A stretch of DNA of 63,977 bases, counting the filler, from Trichomonas gallinae (taxonomy: Eukaryota), in NCBI GenBank assembly GCA_008369845.1. It is 8 parts of 8 records of this genome, joined end to end, with 100 filler letters (N's around TTAATTAATTAA, not from the genome) between each part and the next. Parts side by side here need not be neighbours in the genome. Positions count along the whole stretch, not along the records: positions 8,783 to 26,766 come from MRSU01000425.1; 7 more parts are not named here. The stretch is one strand, 5' to 3'. Positions 11,361 through 23,786 of this stretch are shown piece by piece (within the stretch, counting starts at the first letter, position 1; every line of letters begins with the position of its first letter). A program made the position numbers and the translations under genes. Under the pieces are notes generated by a model. That model did not search any database and was not told the origin of the DNA. It worked only from the letters and a program-made list of their open reading frames with translations.

Positions 11361-13160
11361 TACATTTACATCTTTTATTTGTAATAATTGTTTGTAAATT
11401 AAATGATTTTGCTATCTTTTCAATGAAAATTGTATTAGTTGAGAATTTTCATGAAATGTTCGTATCTATTATGAACATCACTCAATGAAATGGAATAATG
11501 GATCCTTTTCTTAGAATTTAATGAATTGGAATATTTGTTTTCAGAATAAAGCAATGGTTATTAAATGCAGTCTGAAATATACCAATCAATGCTTTTGCAG
11601 ATGGTGAATGATTAGCAATAAAAAATATTTCAATGAAAAAAAAAATGTGACTTGTATCGGTTTTAAGCATAAAATAGTAATATGTCAACATTATACTTCT
11701 CTATATATCATGACTAAAGTTAGTATATGTGTCCAATGTGAATATGGAACTGACAATAATATAATGTCACTTTTCAGAATAATGAAAAAATAAATTCGAT
11801 TTGATGTTTAAAAATAAATATACCACTGTATTAACAGTGAAATTTTGGGCGATTTTTGGAAAATTCGAAATTACAAATTATCAAAAGAAAAATATCTCAG
11901 ATATTTATTGTAAATCGCAAGAGCATAGCATCCGTTCATTGCATAGAATTATATTTATACGAGATATTTAATAATATACATATTGTTTGTGTATAAATTT
12001 TGTAAAATCGATTCATAAATGCTTTATTTGCTTGGTATGTATAAATAAACTTTACAACTCGTATATATGTACTAGATAACTGATATTGAGATCACTACGT
12101 ATCTACACATTCACAATTTTACGGCATCAAATACGAATAGTTTATTCCTCAATAATTTACCTCTATATCATGTATGAACAGTATGGAACAATATATAACC
12201 TCATATTTCATTTACAATTTTGAAAACATCGACTAACTCTTTCTTAATAAAGAACTATCATGTAACTGACTATGATGTAAGTCGATATTGGGGTAGATAA
12301 TATTAGATAGTTTGTTGATCAGATTCTTCATTCAATATTGATGATATTATTTCATGCGATTTAATTTTTTTACGTTGCGAGAAAACTTAGATAATCGGCA
12401 ATAACTAGTTGTACACGACATATCACACTTAACCTTAATATAAAATCGCATTCAAAATGAGCGGAACCAGATTTATATTGAAACTGATGTTTTCAAATCT
12501 AATGGGTTGGTAATGTGATGTATTGTGTCTTATTATTGTCATGTAACAATTAAAACATAAAAATTGGCCATGTTTCTATCTACAACATTTTTCTTTCTTT
12601 TCTACGTTTTCGTTATACATGATTTCCTTTTAAAATTATAATTTCCACTATGAGTGAATAATATTTTTAATCTGTTTATGTTAGCATTTTTTTTAATATT
12701 TTGCAAATATTTAAAATCTCACTTTATCATGCATTAATTGCCAGATATATCATAGACTTATTGAATTTTTATTAAACTCACGGCTGTTTGATGGAAATAC
12801 AATTACGCAACAAACAAAAAAATTTGAAAATAAAAAAATAACCACTCGATTATTTCATCATTAGATGAATATATGCATTATATTCCAATGATCAAACGTA
12901 AACTTCTTTTTCTTTCTCAATTTTGATCAATTGGAATAAGAGAATCAGAATCATAATATGTAATGGGAATCCACGGAAAAAAGATGATGTCAAAATGAAT
13001 AATTTTTTTGTAAGAAAATCCCCGATGTCCTCTCATGCTTATATTAATGCCATATCTAAAGAAAAATCGCAATTATCTAAAATCAAAAATTTGATAGATC
13101 TTGGTTCGAAAAAAATGGATCAAAAATGTCATACCATAAAATAATCTGATTAAAAGAAAA

Positions 13161-13208
13161 AATGGGACTATCGTCCCATTCAAAAGTCACGTAAAAGCAA
13201 AAAGTGAC
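13161..13208 (+). promoter_or_regulatory. Promoter region: 8-bp dyad plus AAAGTGAC motif
   Basis: AATGGGAC-TATC-GTCCCATT at 13161-13180; AAAGTGAC (known T. vaginalis upstream motif) at 13201-13208, just before ATG 13220. Confidence 0.5.
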
Positions 13209-13219
13209 ATAAAACAAAT

Positions 13220-14023
13220 ATGGATAAGAGTTATGAAAGCGTAGAAAGACTCTTATTATCTATATTCAACACACATGAATCAGCAATCCTCAGCACAGAC
13301 AATATATGCGAATACGTTCATCAGCTCGACTCTTTTGTTCAAGTTGGTTCCGAATTAATTGCTACCGGATCTCTTTTGAAGCGCCAGATTATCTCAGTTA
13401 TGTCTGAATCAGATAGATTCGTCCATATAAACAAGTCTGGAGATGATAAGTGGGCTCTGAATCTTCAGTCCACAAATGCTGTTTCTGATGGAACGATTTA
13501 CGACATGATAAATACAATGCTTATGGATGAAGGTCCAATGACCATCAGCCATATGCTCGTTAGAATAAACAGACCAGAATTCGACTCAAGAATGCTGATG
13601 AGATTCTTCACAGTTCACTCAGAAGAGTACCAAGCAACAGATACAGGAGCCTGGTGGTATAAGGGTGTACCAGAGCCACAGGCAATTGAATACTTTTCCC
13701 TGAACGATGCGGTAAATTATGCTCTCAATGAACTTAAAGAAGCCCACCCACAAACTATTACACAGATGCTCTGCCTTGCAACTGTCGGAGGTGAAAGATT
13801 AACAGAGTCACAGATATCGTATCTGTTAACACATAACCCAGAATCCTATTTACAGCTCAGGAGAAACGTGTTCTGTGTTAACAAGCGGGTTAGCTATAGA
13901 TATGGTTTCGCCCAAGAATCATCTGAATCGGATACCACCCAAGTAGAACATACAGAGGTCGAATTCGATCCATTTACCTTCTTTAACGATCATAGTCCGA
14001 TCAAATTTGCGATTACCATATAA
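13220..14023 (+). CDS. Hypothetical protein (267 aa), possibly tandem winged-helix-like modules
   Basis: Long ORF with coding-like composition; three ~65-aa segments each ending in F/Y-x(6-9)-W/F; no family firmly recognised. Confidence 0.75.
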   Translation: MDKSYESVERLLLSIFNTHESAILSTDNICEYVHQLDSFVQVGSELIATGSLLKRQIISVMSESDRFVHINKSGDDKWALNLQSTNAVSDGTIYDMINTMLMDEGPMTISHMLVRINRPEFDSRMLMRFFTVHSEEYQATDTGAWWYKGVPEPQAIEYFSLNDAVNYALNELKEAHPQTITQMLCLATVGGERLTESQISYLLTHNPESYLQLRRNVFCVNKRVSYRYGFAQESSESDTTQVEHTEVEFDPFTFFNDHSPIKFAITI

Positions 14024-14381
14024 TTCTCAGCGTTCTTTGTTTTTAATATTTTCGATTATCGTTTGTTATGTGTTTATATAGTCTTTTCAAGGTTAGAAAT
14101 GCGTAGACTTACACCTAAGCAATTCATAAATACTTGATATATTTTTTTTAAACTTTGCTTTTTTCAATTTGCCCTGTAACTTGGCTTTTAAAACATGACA
14201 TACGCTGTTACCCTTCTCATATTCAAACAGTATTGGTGCTTTTGTAATAATTTTAAAGTCTTGCGCTAGAAAAAATTTATCAAATAAATATAATGCAAAA
14301 AAATGGCCTGTGCAACAGAAAATCACTATAGTTAAGGCTTCAAAATAGTACTTCCATAAAGATAATAAGTTTATGCAAAAA

Positions 14382-15779
14382 TTATAATAGAAGGTCAGTA
14401 AAATCAATAAATGCGTCCTCTTCTTCTTCATCGAAATCATGTAGTTTCTCTAATGGCTCCATATTTTCCTCTTCTGGCTCTGGTCGCTCTTCTTCTTCCA
14501 TGCCTTCATCGAATTTTTCGTTCTCAGATGGCAAATCATAAACAGTTGGTGATAACAGGCACTTTGTAGGATCTGGCGATGTTGGTATATTCAAATCTTG
14601 GAATTCTTCATTTGCGGTAGAAACAACATCAGGTCTGTTGTCATATAACTTTTTAATCTGTTTTTCTGGCGTCATTGGTTCCAATGTTGGTGCATCGACT
14701 TGTTCATTTGTTTCCTGAACCACTCTACGAGGAACAGGAATCTGATCATTCTCATCTAAGTTATTTTCGTAATTTGGAGTAATTGATTCGAAAACAATGT
14801 TCTGTTCGGCCTGTTGTGCGCTGTCATTGGCTGGCTCGAGCTTCACCTCGTTGTCATTATTCTTATTTTCTTCTTCTGAGTGAGTAACTTGGTCTGCAAA
14901 AATTGATTCCTTGACGAGGTTCTGGAATATTTCATCATCTATAGGATTACTGTCTGCTGATGTAATAACTAAATGAATCTTTTTATCTGACTCTGTAACT
15001 ATCGGCTTCACCATTTTCAAAACCGAAAGCCTAGTTGATTGTGATTTAACTTTATTATCAGAATTGTCTGCTAACGTTGGAGATTGTGGAACTCTCTTCC
15101 TCGGCGAGTAATCATCAAGACTTGGCGTGCATCCTGGGAGGAATCTCGGTGATCTACGAGGAGCCATTGTTGAATTCGGATCACGCTTCTGTCCTTGATT
15201 GATAGTTGTTTGGTAAATCAATCTAGTCATTGCATAAGGCGGGATTATGTCGTTTTCCTTTTGGTAGACCCTGTAATTCCTTTTGATCTTTGGAGTTAGT
15301 TGAACATTTGTTTCTTTTTGTTCTGATTTCTTCTCTTCCTCTTCATTCTGCGTCATTTTCTGCTTAGGGAGAAGCTCATCGTGGAAGTAGCGGTAAATTT
15401 GCGGTGAAGCGTTGTAAATGGTTGTTGGAATTAATTTTCCGGAATCATCTGGTGTTTTAACTGTAATTGGCTTTGGTGGCTCGGTACGTTCGCACTTCGC
15501 AGTAACAGTCATGCCTGGAGTGACTGCTTTAATGCTATTAATTGGCTCACCGTTATCGTCAACTACGTAAACAGATTTGAACTGTTGGTTTCTCATCAAA
15601 AGGAGGACTTGCGTGATCAAACCGCGCATTGTCTTAGGAAGAAGAATTGAAATCGATCTTTCATCTTTCTTCATGTAATCGAAACGAATGTTGATTGAAG
15701 GATTTTCTATGCTCCAAGGCTGCTTTGTGGGCGAGGAATTGGAGGCGTTAACTTCTTGCAGATTTTCTTCATTTTCCAT
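14382..15779 (-). CDS. Hypothetical protein (465 aa), N-terminal DCX/KHA-like ubiquitin-fold segment and acidic disordered tail
   Basis: LLPKTMRGL...VVDDNGEPINSIKAVTPGMTV resembles the DCX/KHA pattern; rest P/E/S rich. Confidence 0.75.
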   Translation of the reverse strand: MENEENLQEVNASNSSPTKQPWSIENPSINIRFDYMKKDERSISILLPKTMRGLITQVLLLMRNQQFKSVYVVDDNGEPINSIKAVTPGMTVTAKCERTEPPKPITVKTPDDSGKLIPTTIYNASPQIYRYFHDELLPKQKMTQNEEEEKKSEQKETNVQLTPKIKRNYRVYQKENDIIPPYAMTRLIYQTTINQGQKRDPNSTMAPRRSPRFLPGCTPSLDDYSPRKRVPQSPTLADNSDNKVKSQSTRLSVLKMVKPIVTESDKKIHLVITSADSNPIDDEIFQNLVKESIFADQVTHSEEENKNNDNEVKLEPANDSAQQAEQNIVFESITPNYENNLDENDQIPVPRRVVQETNEQVDAPTLEPMTPEKQIKKLYDNRPDVVSTANEEFQDLNIPTSPDPTKCLLSPTVYDLPSENEKFDEGMEEEERPEPEEENMEPLEKLHDFDEEEEDAFIDFTDLLL

Positions 15780-17815
15780 TTTTAATTTGAAAACGTGACG
15801 TTAAATATATTTTATTTGACAATTTTTATTTACATGTCATTTTTTATATTTTATCTCGAATGAAAGTTTCCTAAAATGTCAGTGAAACAATATTTATTAA
15901 ATGCCAGCACTGACAGTTATGGCCAATTTAGCGAAAGAAACATGTTTGATTTGCAGAGGAAACAAAATTACAGAGAATAATATTTGATGAGAAAATTAAG
16001 AGGTTAAAAGATGGTGACCGCAAAAATTATTCGAAGAACAATTATTTTTCGAACAAAATGTTCGATTATGATTCATCAAAAATTATCGCAAAAATAAAGA
16101 GGCAAATTGGATATGTAAAACCGGAAAGACTATGTATTATAGCTGAAAGAGAACCCAAAGTCGAGAACTACATGGCTCAACTATGAAGTAATCAAAATAA
16201 TACGAAAATTAAACGGAAAAAGACCTAATGATGAAAGACCGTTTGAACAACTTCTTAGAGAAGTTTAGATCCTAGTCAAGAAAATTTTTTCTATGATTAA
16301 CCATAAGTTGAGCAGCATCTCATCAAAAAGTAAAAGACAAGCATTGCTGTATCTTCATTTCATGTAGAAACGAAAATGAAATGATAAATTTCAAAACAGC
16401 CAAGTTCTTCAAGCACTAAATCAAGCTTTACTCTCCAAAATAATCGCAATTTAAAATTGCAATGAATGCGCATAATATCCATATGACAGCTCGTAGAAGT
16501 CGTCATTACCTGCAAGTTACGCAATACAATTAAAATTAAAATATAACGATATTAAATTCGCTTTCAATATTATATTTATTTACCCGAATACAATTAATGC
16601 TTCTTGTAAAAGAAGTAATTTCTCTCTAAAATATATACTTTCATATTTATTAGCAATAATTCGATATTTAACAGGAACTATCTTTCATGTAAACGGTAAT
16701 TTACCTTAAAAGCATATACACCATTGAATTTTTCATAGTATTTGGAGATACGGTTGCGCATCAGAGGAATAAAGAAGATAATTATCAAAGTGAGTGAAAA
16801 TTGGTATAACTGAATGAATGTCCATTTGTCTACCTATCCCTGCATTGGAACGCTTTCCAGTTTAAAAATATATTTTGAGGATTTAATAACTTTCATTTCT
16901 CACCTTGATTACGAATAAAAATTAATCTTTTCCTCGAGTTAACCCCATATCTTCGTAGTTGGAAGATCCATGGATTTTGCGAAACGAAAAATATAAGATA
17001 ATAAAATGACAACTTTTACACTGATTTTTAAATTTTCTAGTTTTTCTTAATATGAATATTCAAAATTAAATCGACAAATCAGATTTATTATTAATAAGCG
17101 GCATAAGTAAACATTAAATCAAATATCATCTCCATAAAAGCAATCTTATCTTACATTTATTCAACAGTGGTACAAAACAAAAACGGTGCGTTATGTAGAG
17201 AATGTGTAAAAAATCTATATCAATGGTGTATTATCATCGTAGCTTCATATTATCTTAAATTGGAAATTTGTAATAATTTGCTTGGGTTCAAATGAGTCAA
17301 CCTAGAACATCTCCTTCAAAGATAGTTTTATTCTATTACTAAAAGTTCTGTTGTAATCGATAAGAAATAACTGTTAGAGGATCAAAATACAAGTAAATCA
17401 TACTGTAAAATTGTTTATATTGTCGATTTGATTCGATTGTGAAATGGAACTCTATTAGGCTTTCATTCAAATTGTAAATAAATCTAGATATTGTTGTTTT
17501 TAGTCATAAAACTGTACACTTTCTGTAGTATCAGCTTCTCTTGCATGCAAAACACATGTTTCTTTTAATAAGTCTGCATGGATTGAAATGAATCCATGAG
17601 GATATAAAAATGCCGTTTATAATTATTATTTATTATCAGCGTCTTCATCTTGTTTGAAGATTAGCTCATTGATGTCAAGAATTCATTTCCATTCATACCA
17701 AAGGATGTACATAAGTCAATTCCATTTAGAAATACGAAAAATAAGTAAAAAAAAAGTAAAAAATATGAAAAATATATTTTACAAACATCATATCGCGAGA
17801 ATGTAATATAAGAAA

Positions 17816-19042
17816 TTATTGGGCGAGAATTGAATCAACCGATTTATACTCGTTTTTGACTTCTCTAAGAGAAATCAGACCAACATTAGGTGTAATAACC
17901 TGAAGGTCAGTGCTCGAGTTATAGATAGGAATTCCCTTATCTATTGGCAATTTGCTCAATGGATACAAATGTGCAGAATTTCTTCTCATCTGTTTCTTGG
18001 GCATTGGCCTTGCAACAGCTGCAATTTTTGTTTGAAGCATGGAAGAGCCAATTCTCCTCAAGCACAACGGAACAGTCTGTTCTGTCTGGATGAGTTTATA
18101 TTCAATAAACTCTCTTTGTAAGTGATCAATTGGCTTGCTTATTAATGGTTTAGCAATGTTGTCTGTTATGTTGATGATTGCCGACATATTTGGCGGGAAT
18201 TTGCAGTAATTACTTGATGAGAAAACTGTAACACATGCTCCTCCAAACAACTCTTCATAGCCATTCGTAATGCATTGATGAGCTCTGATGAGGATTTTGA
18301 TATTGTTCGAGTGAATAAAACTAAGCATTGCGTCAATTCCAAAATTGACACCAAAGCCACGAGGATTTTTCGAATACAAAGGAGTAGCTGTGCTTGGATC
18401 AGACCACATCAGGTCAGAAATCAAGACTGCGTCGCTGCCTTCCGTAAAAGATGAGATTGGTCGCTGCAGATTTGCAATTTGATCTATTGTATGAAGATTG
18501 GGGCTTAATCCACCATGGACAAGGAAGTACTTTTCATTTAGAACAGCCGCAATTGGGAGAAATGAGAAGACTTTGTTGAATAATCCGTAAATTTCTTCAT
18601 CATAGTCTTTCATTACTTGGGCTTTGAATCCATAATACTCGTTTATTAATTCGAACTCATGATTTCCTCTCAATAGATATATATTGTCTGGGTAAGCTAA
18701 TTTGAAAGCGAAAAGCAAAGTAACTACTTCTATAGATAGATCTCCTCTGTCAACGTAGTCACCCATAAAAATAAATCGTTGGGAGGATGGATTTCCCAGG
18801 TGTGAAAATATTCGTAACAAATCTTTTAAGTTTCCATGGATGTCTCCAACAATATTGAAGTCGCCAGCAAGTTTAAGCAACGTATTTTCTTCTTTAAACA
18901 TATAATAAACATTTGAAAGCAAATTTATTAAATCTTCTCTTTTCAGTTTCGGAATAGCTAACAGTCCAGAGCCAATCTTGCTGAAATTCGTCGTATTCAA
19001 CATCAACGGCATATACGCATCAAGAATGCTCCTGGATAGCAT
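17816..19042 (-). CDS. PPP-family Ser/Thr protein phosphatase (PP1-like) with C-terminal extension
   Basis: GDIHG, GDYVDRG, LRGNHE, VHGGLSP, DLMWSDP, RAHQ, TVFSSSNY motifs. Confidence 0.94.
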   Translation of the reverse strand: MLSRSILDAYMPLMLNTTNFSKIGSGLLAIPKLKREDLINLLSNVYYMFKEENTLLKLAGDFNIVGDIHGNLKDLLRIFSHLGNPSSQRFIFMGDYVDRGDLSIEVVTLLFAFKLAYPDNIYLLRGNHEFELINEYYGFKAQVMKDYDEEIYGLFNKVFSFLPIAAVLNEKYFLVHGGLSPNLHTIDQIANLQRPISSFTEGSDAVLISDLMWSDPSTATPLYSKNPRGFGVNFGIDAMLSFIHSNNIKILIRAHQCITNGYEELFGGACVTVFSSSNYCKFPPNMSAIINITDNIAKPLISKPIDHLQREFIEYKLIQTEQTVPLCLRRIGSSMLQTKIAAVARPMPKKQMRRNSAHLYPLSKLPIDKGIPIYNSSTDLQVITPNVGLISLREVKNEYKSVDSILAQ

Positions 19043-20799
19043 TGACGTATTCTATATTTGACAGCAGTGAATTTTTTCAGAGTGAAGATAAATGCATTCA
19101 AATCGCAAAGACCAATTAGCAGCCAGTTAATTAACACAGCATTTTCGATAAAATCCGGATAACTTGATATTTTAAACCGTTTTCTAGAAAATGTTTGTAC
19201 TAAAAATATAATGAATTTTACATGATTATTTTTTTCAATATGATTTTTGAATAAAATTAACGTATAAAAGATACTTTTTAAATTTTTGACTATTTCTTAA
19301 AGTAATCATTGTATATATACTAATTATTAAATTGAATACTTTCAAGAAAAAGTTTCGAAAGTTATATTATATTTTTTTTGCATATATAGTATATTTTTCA
19401 AGCGATTTTAATAATCACAACTGTAATCAAAATATTTGAATTCAATTTTGTCATCTTTAATTTTTCGATTATTTTTATCAATACCATCTTATTATTATAT
19501 TGCAAAAATTTGAACAAAAAATTCCTATCGTTTGAGTAAAGGTTTACCGGTAATTTTAATTTATTATAAAATAATAATGTTTTTGCAATTAGATCACCTG
19601 AAAATTTATCGGAAATTTAGTTCTCCAAGTGAATTTCAAAATTTTGTCACCAAAAAATATTGCAACAAAATATTACAAAAAATTATAGCAAACTTTTTTT
19701 TTTGATTCAATTGATTCAAATTCTTTCAAAATTTCGATTATGATAAAATGGATATACATGTTATTGTGGTTTATAAATATATTTGTCATTTTTCTTCACT
19801 CACAGTACTTTGATATCTCTGTTATCCCAATGATTGGCACACATCAATAGATGTGGTATACAAGAGATGAAATATCAATTCTCAAACGTTCACTCGGAAA
19901 TATTTTGAAATGAAAATAACATGTTTAATAGTGATATTATTTGATCCATATTATACTTATATTGATTTATAATTGAATTTGCTTGCATATTATCCACCAA
20001 TTTACATTCATATTCATTTCGAATATTGATCTATATCAATTTTACACATTTTACATTGCTAACTTAGATAAACACATTATATTTATATAATATTTAATGT
20101 ATATACTATTATTCTATCTTAAATATCGTTTTTTCTTTAAATTATGTTTCATCTTTCATAAAAATATGAATAATCTATTAAATCCATCTATGATATACAT
20201 TAACTTCAACTTTTATGAAAATTATGCATCGTGTAACTTTAAGAAAACAATGAGATTATAAAAATTTCTATATTTTTTAAATTTTAGCAAATTATCATCA
20301 AAAAATCGTTATATCTACGTCAATATATTAATGGATATCACAAGGAAATGGTAGTTTGGCCAAATCATCATTTCGATATTTCAAAATCTCTGAATATATC
20401 AATCTATTCTTATAGCATCGAAGTATTATGAAAATGATCGATAAATAATCCAATACTTCAACCACATCGAATTTTTTGAAAAAACTTAACCAATGGCTCC
20501 ATAGCAATGTATACATCGCAATGAAAGCTATGCGAAAGCTTAATTTGACTTAACTGTGGCCGACCGAAACATTTCTCAAATTTTTTTTGAACCCTCTCAA
20601 TTCCTATCGTTTTAGTTTCAACCCCTGCATTTCCCAATTTGTTTTCCACGACACCCTACTGAGGCAAACAAGCAATATTTCAGGTCCAAAAATTTGGTGA
20701 ACGCTGCATTGAAAAGTTTACACTCCAGAATTTTCATAGACCAAAGAATTTTTTTCAGTGTGGTTCACAAAATTTTTTCTTTTCATTTTTTGGTTGAGG

Positions 20800-21897
20800 A
20801 TGTCCCGCGCACCATCGCTTGCTCCAAGCCTAGCAGTCGACTCGGTCTTTGTCGAATCGGAAGAGCTCACTACTCCACTGTGCCAGGGCTACATGCCATC
20901 AGACGACGGCAATTTCGATTTCGAAAAGATGCTCCAGCAGATGAAGTACTGCGGTTTTCAGGCAACAAACCTCGGTTTAGCCATCGATCAGATCAATGAG
21001 ATGCTCCATTACGATTACACACCAGAGCCAGGCGATGAGAAGAAGATCTTCGGCTTAGGCGGTGGCATTGAAGGCATCAAGTACAAACCACGCGCATGCA
21101 AGATATTCCTCGGCCTCACATCGAACCTCATTTCCAGCGGCATGAGAGACTATATCCGCTTCATCGTTAAACACGCCCTCGTTGACGTCATCGTCTGCAC
21201 AGCAGGCGGCATCGAAGAGGATATCATCAAGTGCCTCGCACCGACACACATGGGTGATTTCGCAGATGAGGGCCACGATTTGCGAAAGAGAGGCTTGAAC
21301 AGGATCGGAAACTTAATCGTTCCGAACAAGAACTACTGCCTCTTCGAGGACTGGATCATGCCGATTCTGGACAAGTGCCTCGAGGAGCAGAACACGCAGG
21401 GAACGAAATGGACGCCTTCGAAGTTGATTCACAGACTCGGCCTCGAAATTAACAACGAGGACTCAGTCTGGTATTGGGCAGCAAAGAACAACATCCCTGT
21501 TTACTCACCAGCACTCACAGACGGATCAATCGGAGATATGATATACTTCCACTCTTACAACAACCCAGGCCTCGTCTTGGACCTTGTCGAGGACATCAGA
21601 GACATGAATAACGAGCCACTCTGGGCAACAAAGACAGGCTGCATCATTTTAGGCGGCGGCGTCATTAAGCATCACATCATGAACGCGAACCTCTACAGGA
21701 ACGGCGCTGATTTCGCTGTTTACGTCAACACATCGAATGATTTCGATGGTTCTGATTCCGGAGCAAGGCCAGATGAGGCAGTTTCTTGGGGAAAGATTTC
21801 TCTCGAAGCTAAGCCAGTAAAACTCTACTCAGAGATAACTTTGGTCCTCCCTCTCATCGTTGCAGGCACATTCTCAAAGTTCCTCGCCGAGAAATAA
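20800..21897 (+). CDS. DHS: Deoxyhypusine synthase
   Basis: GFQATNL, TSNLISSG, TAGGIEED, GLNRIGN, TDGSIGD, DGSDSGARPDEAVSWGK with catalytic Lys intact; TCATTT initiator before ATG 20800. Confidence 0.97.
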   Translation: MSRAPSLAPSLAVDSVFVESEELTTPLCQGYMPSDDGNFDFEKMLQQMKYCGFQATNLGLAIDQINEMLHYDYTPEPGDEKKIFGLGGGIEGIKYKPRACKIFLGLTSNLISSGMRDYIRFIVKHALVDVIVCTAGGIEEDIIKCLAPTHMGDFADEGHDLRKRGLNRIGNLIVPNKNYCLFEDWIMPILDKCLEEQNTQGTKWTPSKLIHRLGLEINNEDSVWYWAAKNNIPVYSPALTDGSIGDMIYFHSYNNPGLVLDLVEDIRDMNNEPLWATKTGCIILGGGVIKHHIMNANLYRNGADFAVYVNTSNDFDGSDSGARPDEAVSWGKISLEAKPVKLYSEITLVLPLIVAGTFSKFLAEK

Positions 21898-23279
21898 AAC
21901 ATAAATCTGTCTGTTTTAATTTTTTTTTGTTTTATTTGTTTCTAAGTCTTTTTTAATCGATACTCTACAATTACGGCGTTTTTGGATATTCTGCATCTAT
22001 AGAACTAGTTTTTTTTTCTCAAAGTTATGTGTTATCTGTTGATCTTTTGCAGAATGTCGAAAATCATGCTGCCACTTTATGTTGTATTGGTAATAGCAAT
22101 AAATATCAAGTCATAAATGCCAGAATTTCTTGAAAGTTAAATAATGTTGATTATTTTTAAATCGAATATAGCGGCTATTTGTAAGTGAATTGTCTATATT
22201 TGAGTGTATCTAGTATTGTTTTGACAGTTTCGATGTTTTTTAATGATAAACTTATTGAGATATACTGTTGCTCATATTGTTTTGACAGTATGGCGAAGTA
22301 CATTATATCAATATCAATTATACATGATTTGGCTCTCAAACAAGCTTTTCTTCCTTGTAACATAGTTTGCGATAAATTTCCATTCTTGGGAATGAGAATA
22401 AAAAATTGAATTTCTCTCTATCTCATTCACGAACAATATACTGATACTGCTCTGGCAAAGCGTATTTGAGGACTAAATTAATGTCGATGAGCAGTGCAAA
22501 GAGAATTCATGAAATCTAATGATTAATATATTCTTTCAAAATGCGTGATAATTGCAATTCTGCAATCTTATAAACTGGTAAAGATACAGGCACGCCGAAA
22601 ACATAATGATATCGTATATGAATTTGAGGGTAAAAATAATGGTACCACTAGAAAGGTTGCATTTCGATAATACTATATATGGTACTCTCACGCCATAACT
22701 AAAATTTGACATTTGGCAAAAATTAGGAGGCCATAAATTTTCAATGAAACTTGGGGTTATTTGATTATATTATTGATCTGAGAATATATATCTTCAATCT
22801 ATAAGCACAATTTAAATAAAAATCGATTTTTTTTTCAAAATCTCCGTGAAATTTAGAATATAGGTTCTATTATGGATGACGATCCTTGAAAACATAAAAT
22901 AATGTCGAATTAGTATTAAAAATGGGGTGGAAAAACTACTCGATTACGCTATGAAAAATAGATTGAGAGAAATATTCCATTTTTTGTTGCCATTCCACGA
23001 TTATGGTACTTGATTAATGGCAATCTTGCATGAGTTCAAGAAAAACAAACTTTTCTAAGAAACATTTTTGATTCATTAAATTTGCGTCACTTTTCCTTAC
23101 ATTATTTTTGGCATTGTAGTATATTAGTTATCTGCAGCATATATTAATTGTGTCAGTTCTCAATTTTTGAATGAATTGATAAATTAATCAGTCTTTTTTT
23201 ATTTCTAAATGTACTCTTACAACGATATAAAAATAATTCTGTAAAAAAAACTGTGTGGCCGGTTACAATTTCATTTTTC

Positions 23280-23786
23280 ATGTCGCAGATTCCACAGAGC
23301 AGACTCCTTATTAAGGTAATCTCCCACAGAGAAGGTGGTAAGTATTACGCAGTCGATCCCAACATGCGCATTTGCACTTTGAAACAGTCACAGTCTGACA
23401 ATAGTGTTTATTTTTATAAAGGTGTTTATCTCTCTGAAAATTTCACCTTTAAAGACTATCAGATTGCGGATGGAGATATAATATGTTCTCACCCTCACAT
23501 TGAAAATACTAAATTAAATAGACTCCTGGAGTTTGAAAAGATAAGAATGGTTGACATTGGTATCAAAAAACTGCGCGGTAACTTCAGGCTATACAGGAAG
23601 GCATATAATGAGTGGATTAAGGTACAATACGATAAATTATTGGTTGAAGCTCCAAATAGTACTCCAGAATTCATCGTTCCTCCAAAGTTGGATGCACCAT
23701 CAACAACACCTCTTCCCACCTTTTGGCTCAAGCCCGAAAATGAGCACAAAGATTCCACAAAAGCCAAGTCTGCTAAGAAGCTTTGA
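23280..23786 (+). CDS. Ubiquitin-like-domain protein with C-terminal PLPxFW motif
   Basis: YFYKGVYLSENFTFKDYQIADGDII matches the Ubl pattern; ATG 23280 follows a TCATTT initiator. Confidence 0.72.
   Translation: MSQIPQSRLLIKVISHREGGKYYAVDPNMRICTLKQSQSDNSVYFYKGVYLSENFTFKDYQIADGDIICSHPHIENTKLNRLLEFEKIRMVDIGIKKLRGNFRLYRKAYNEWIKVQYDKLLVEAPNSTPEFIVPPKLDAPSTTPLPTFWLKPENEHKDSTKAKSAKKL

Noticed and set aside
15950..16185. About 78 open codons with a weak BspA-like start (FAEETKLQRIIFDEKIKRL)
   Set aside because: Only one doubtful repeat and no start context; cannot be supported
20328..20700. Overlapping short minus-strand ORFs upstream of DHS
   Set aside because: No recognisable protein similarity; may be a relic but unsupported
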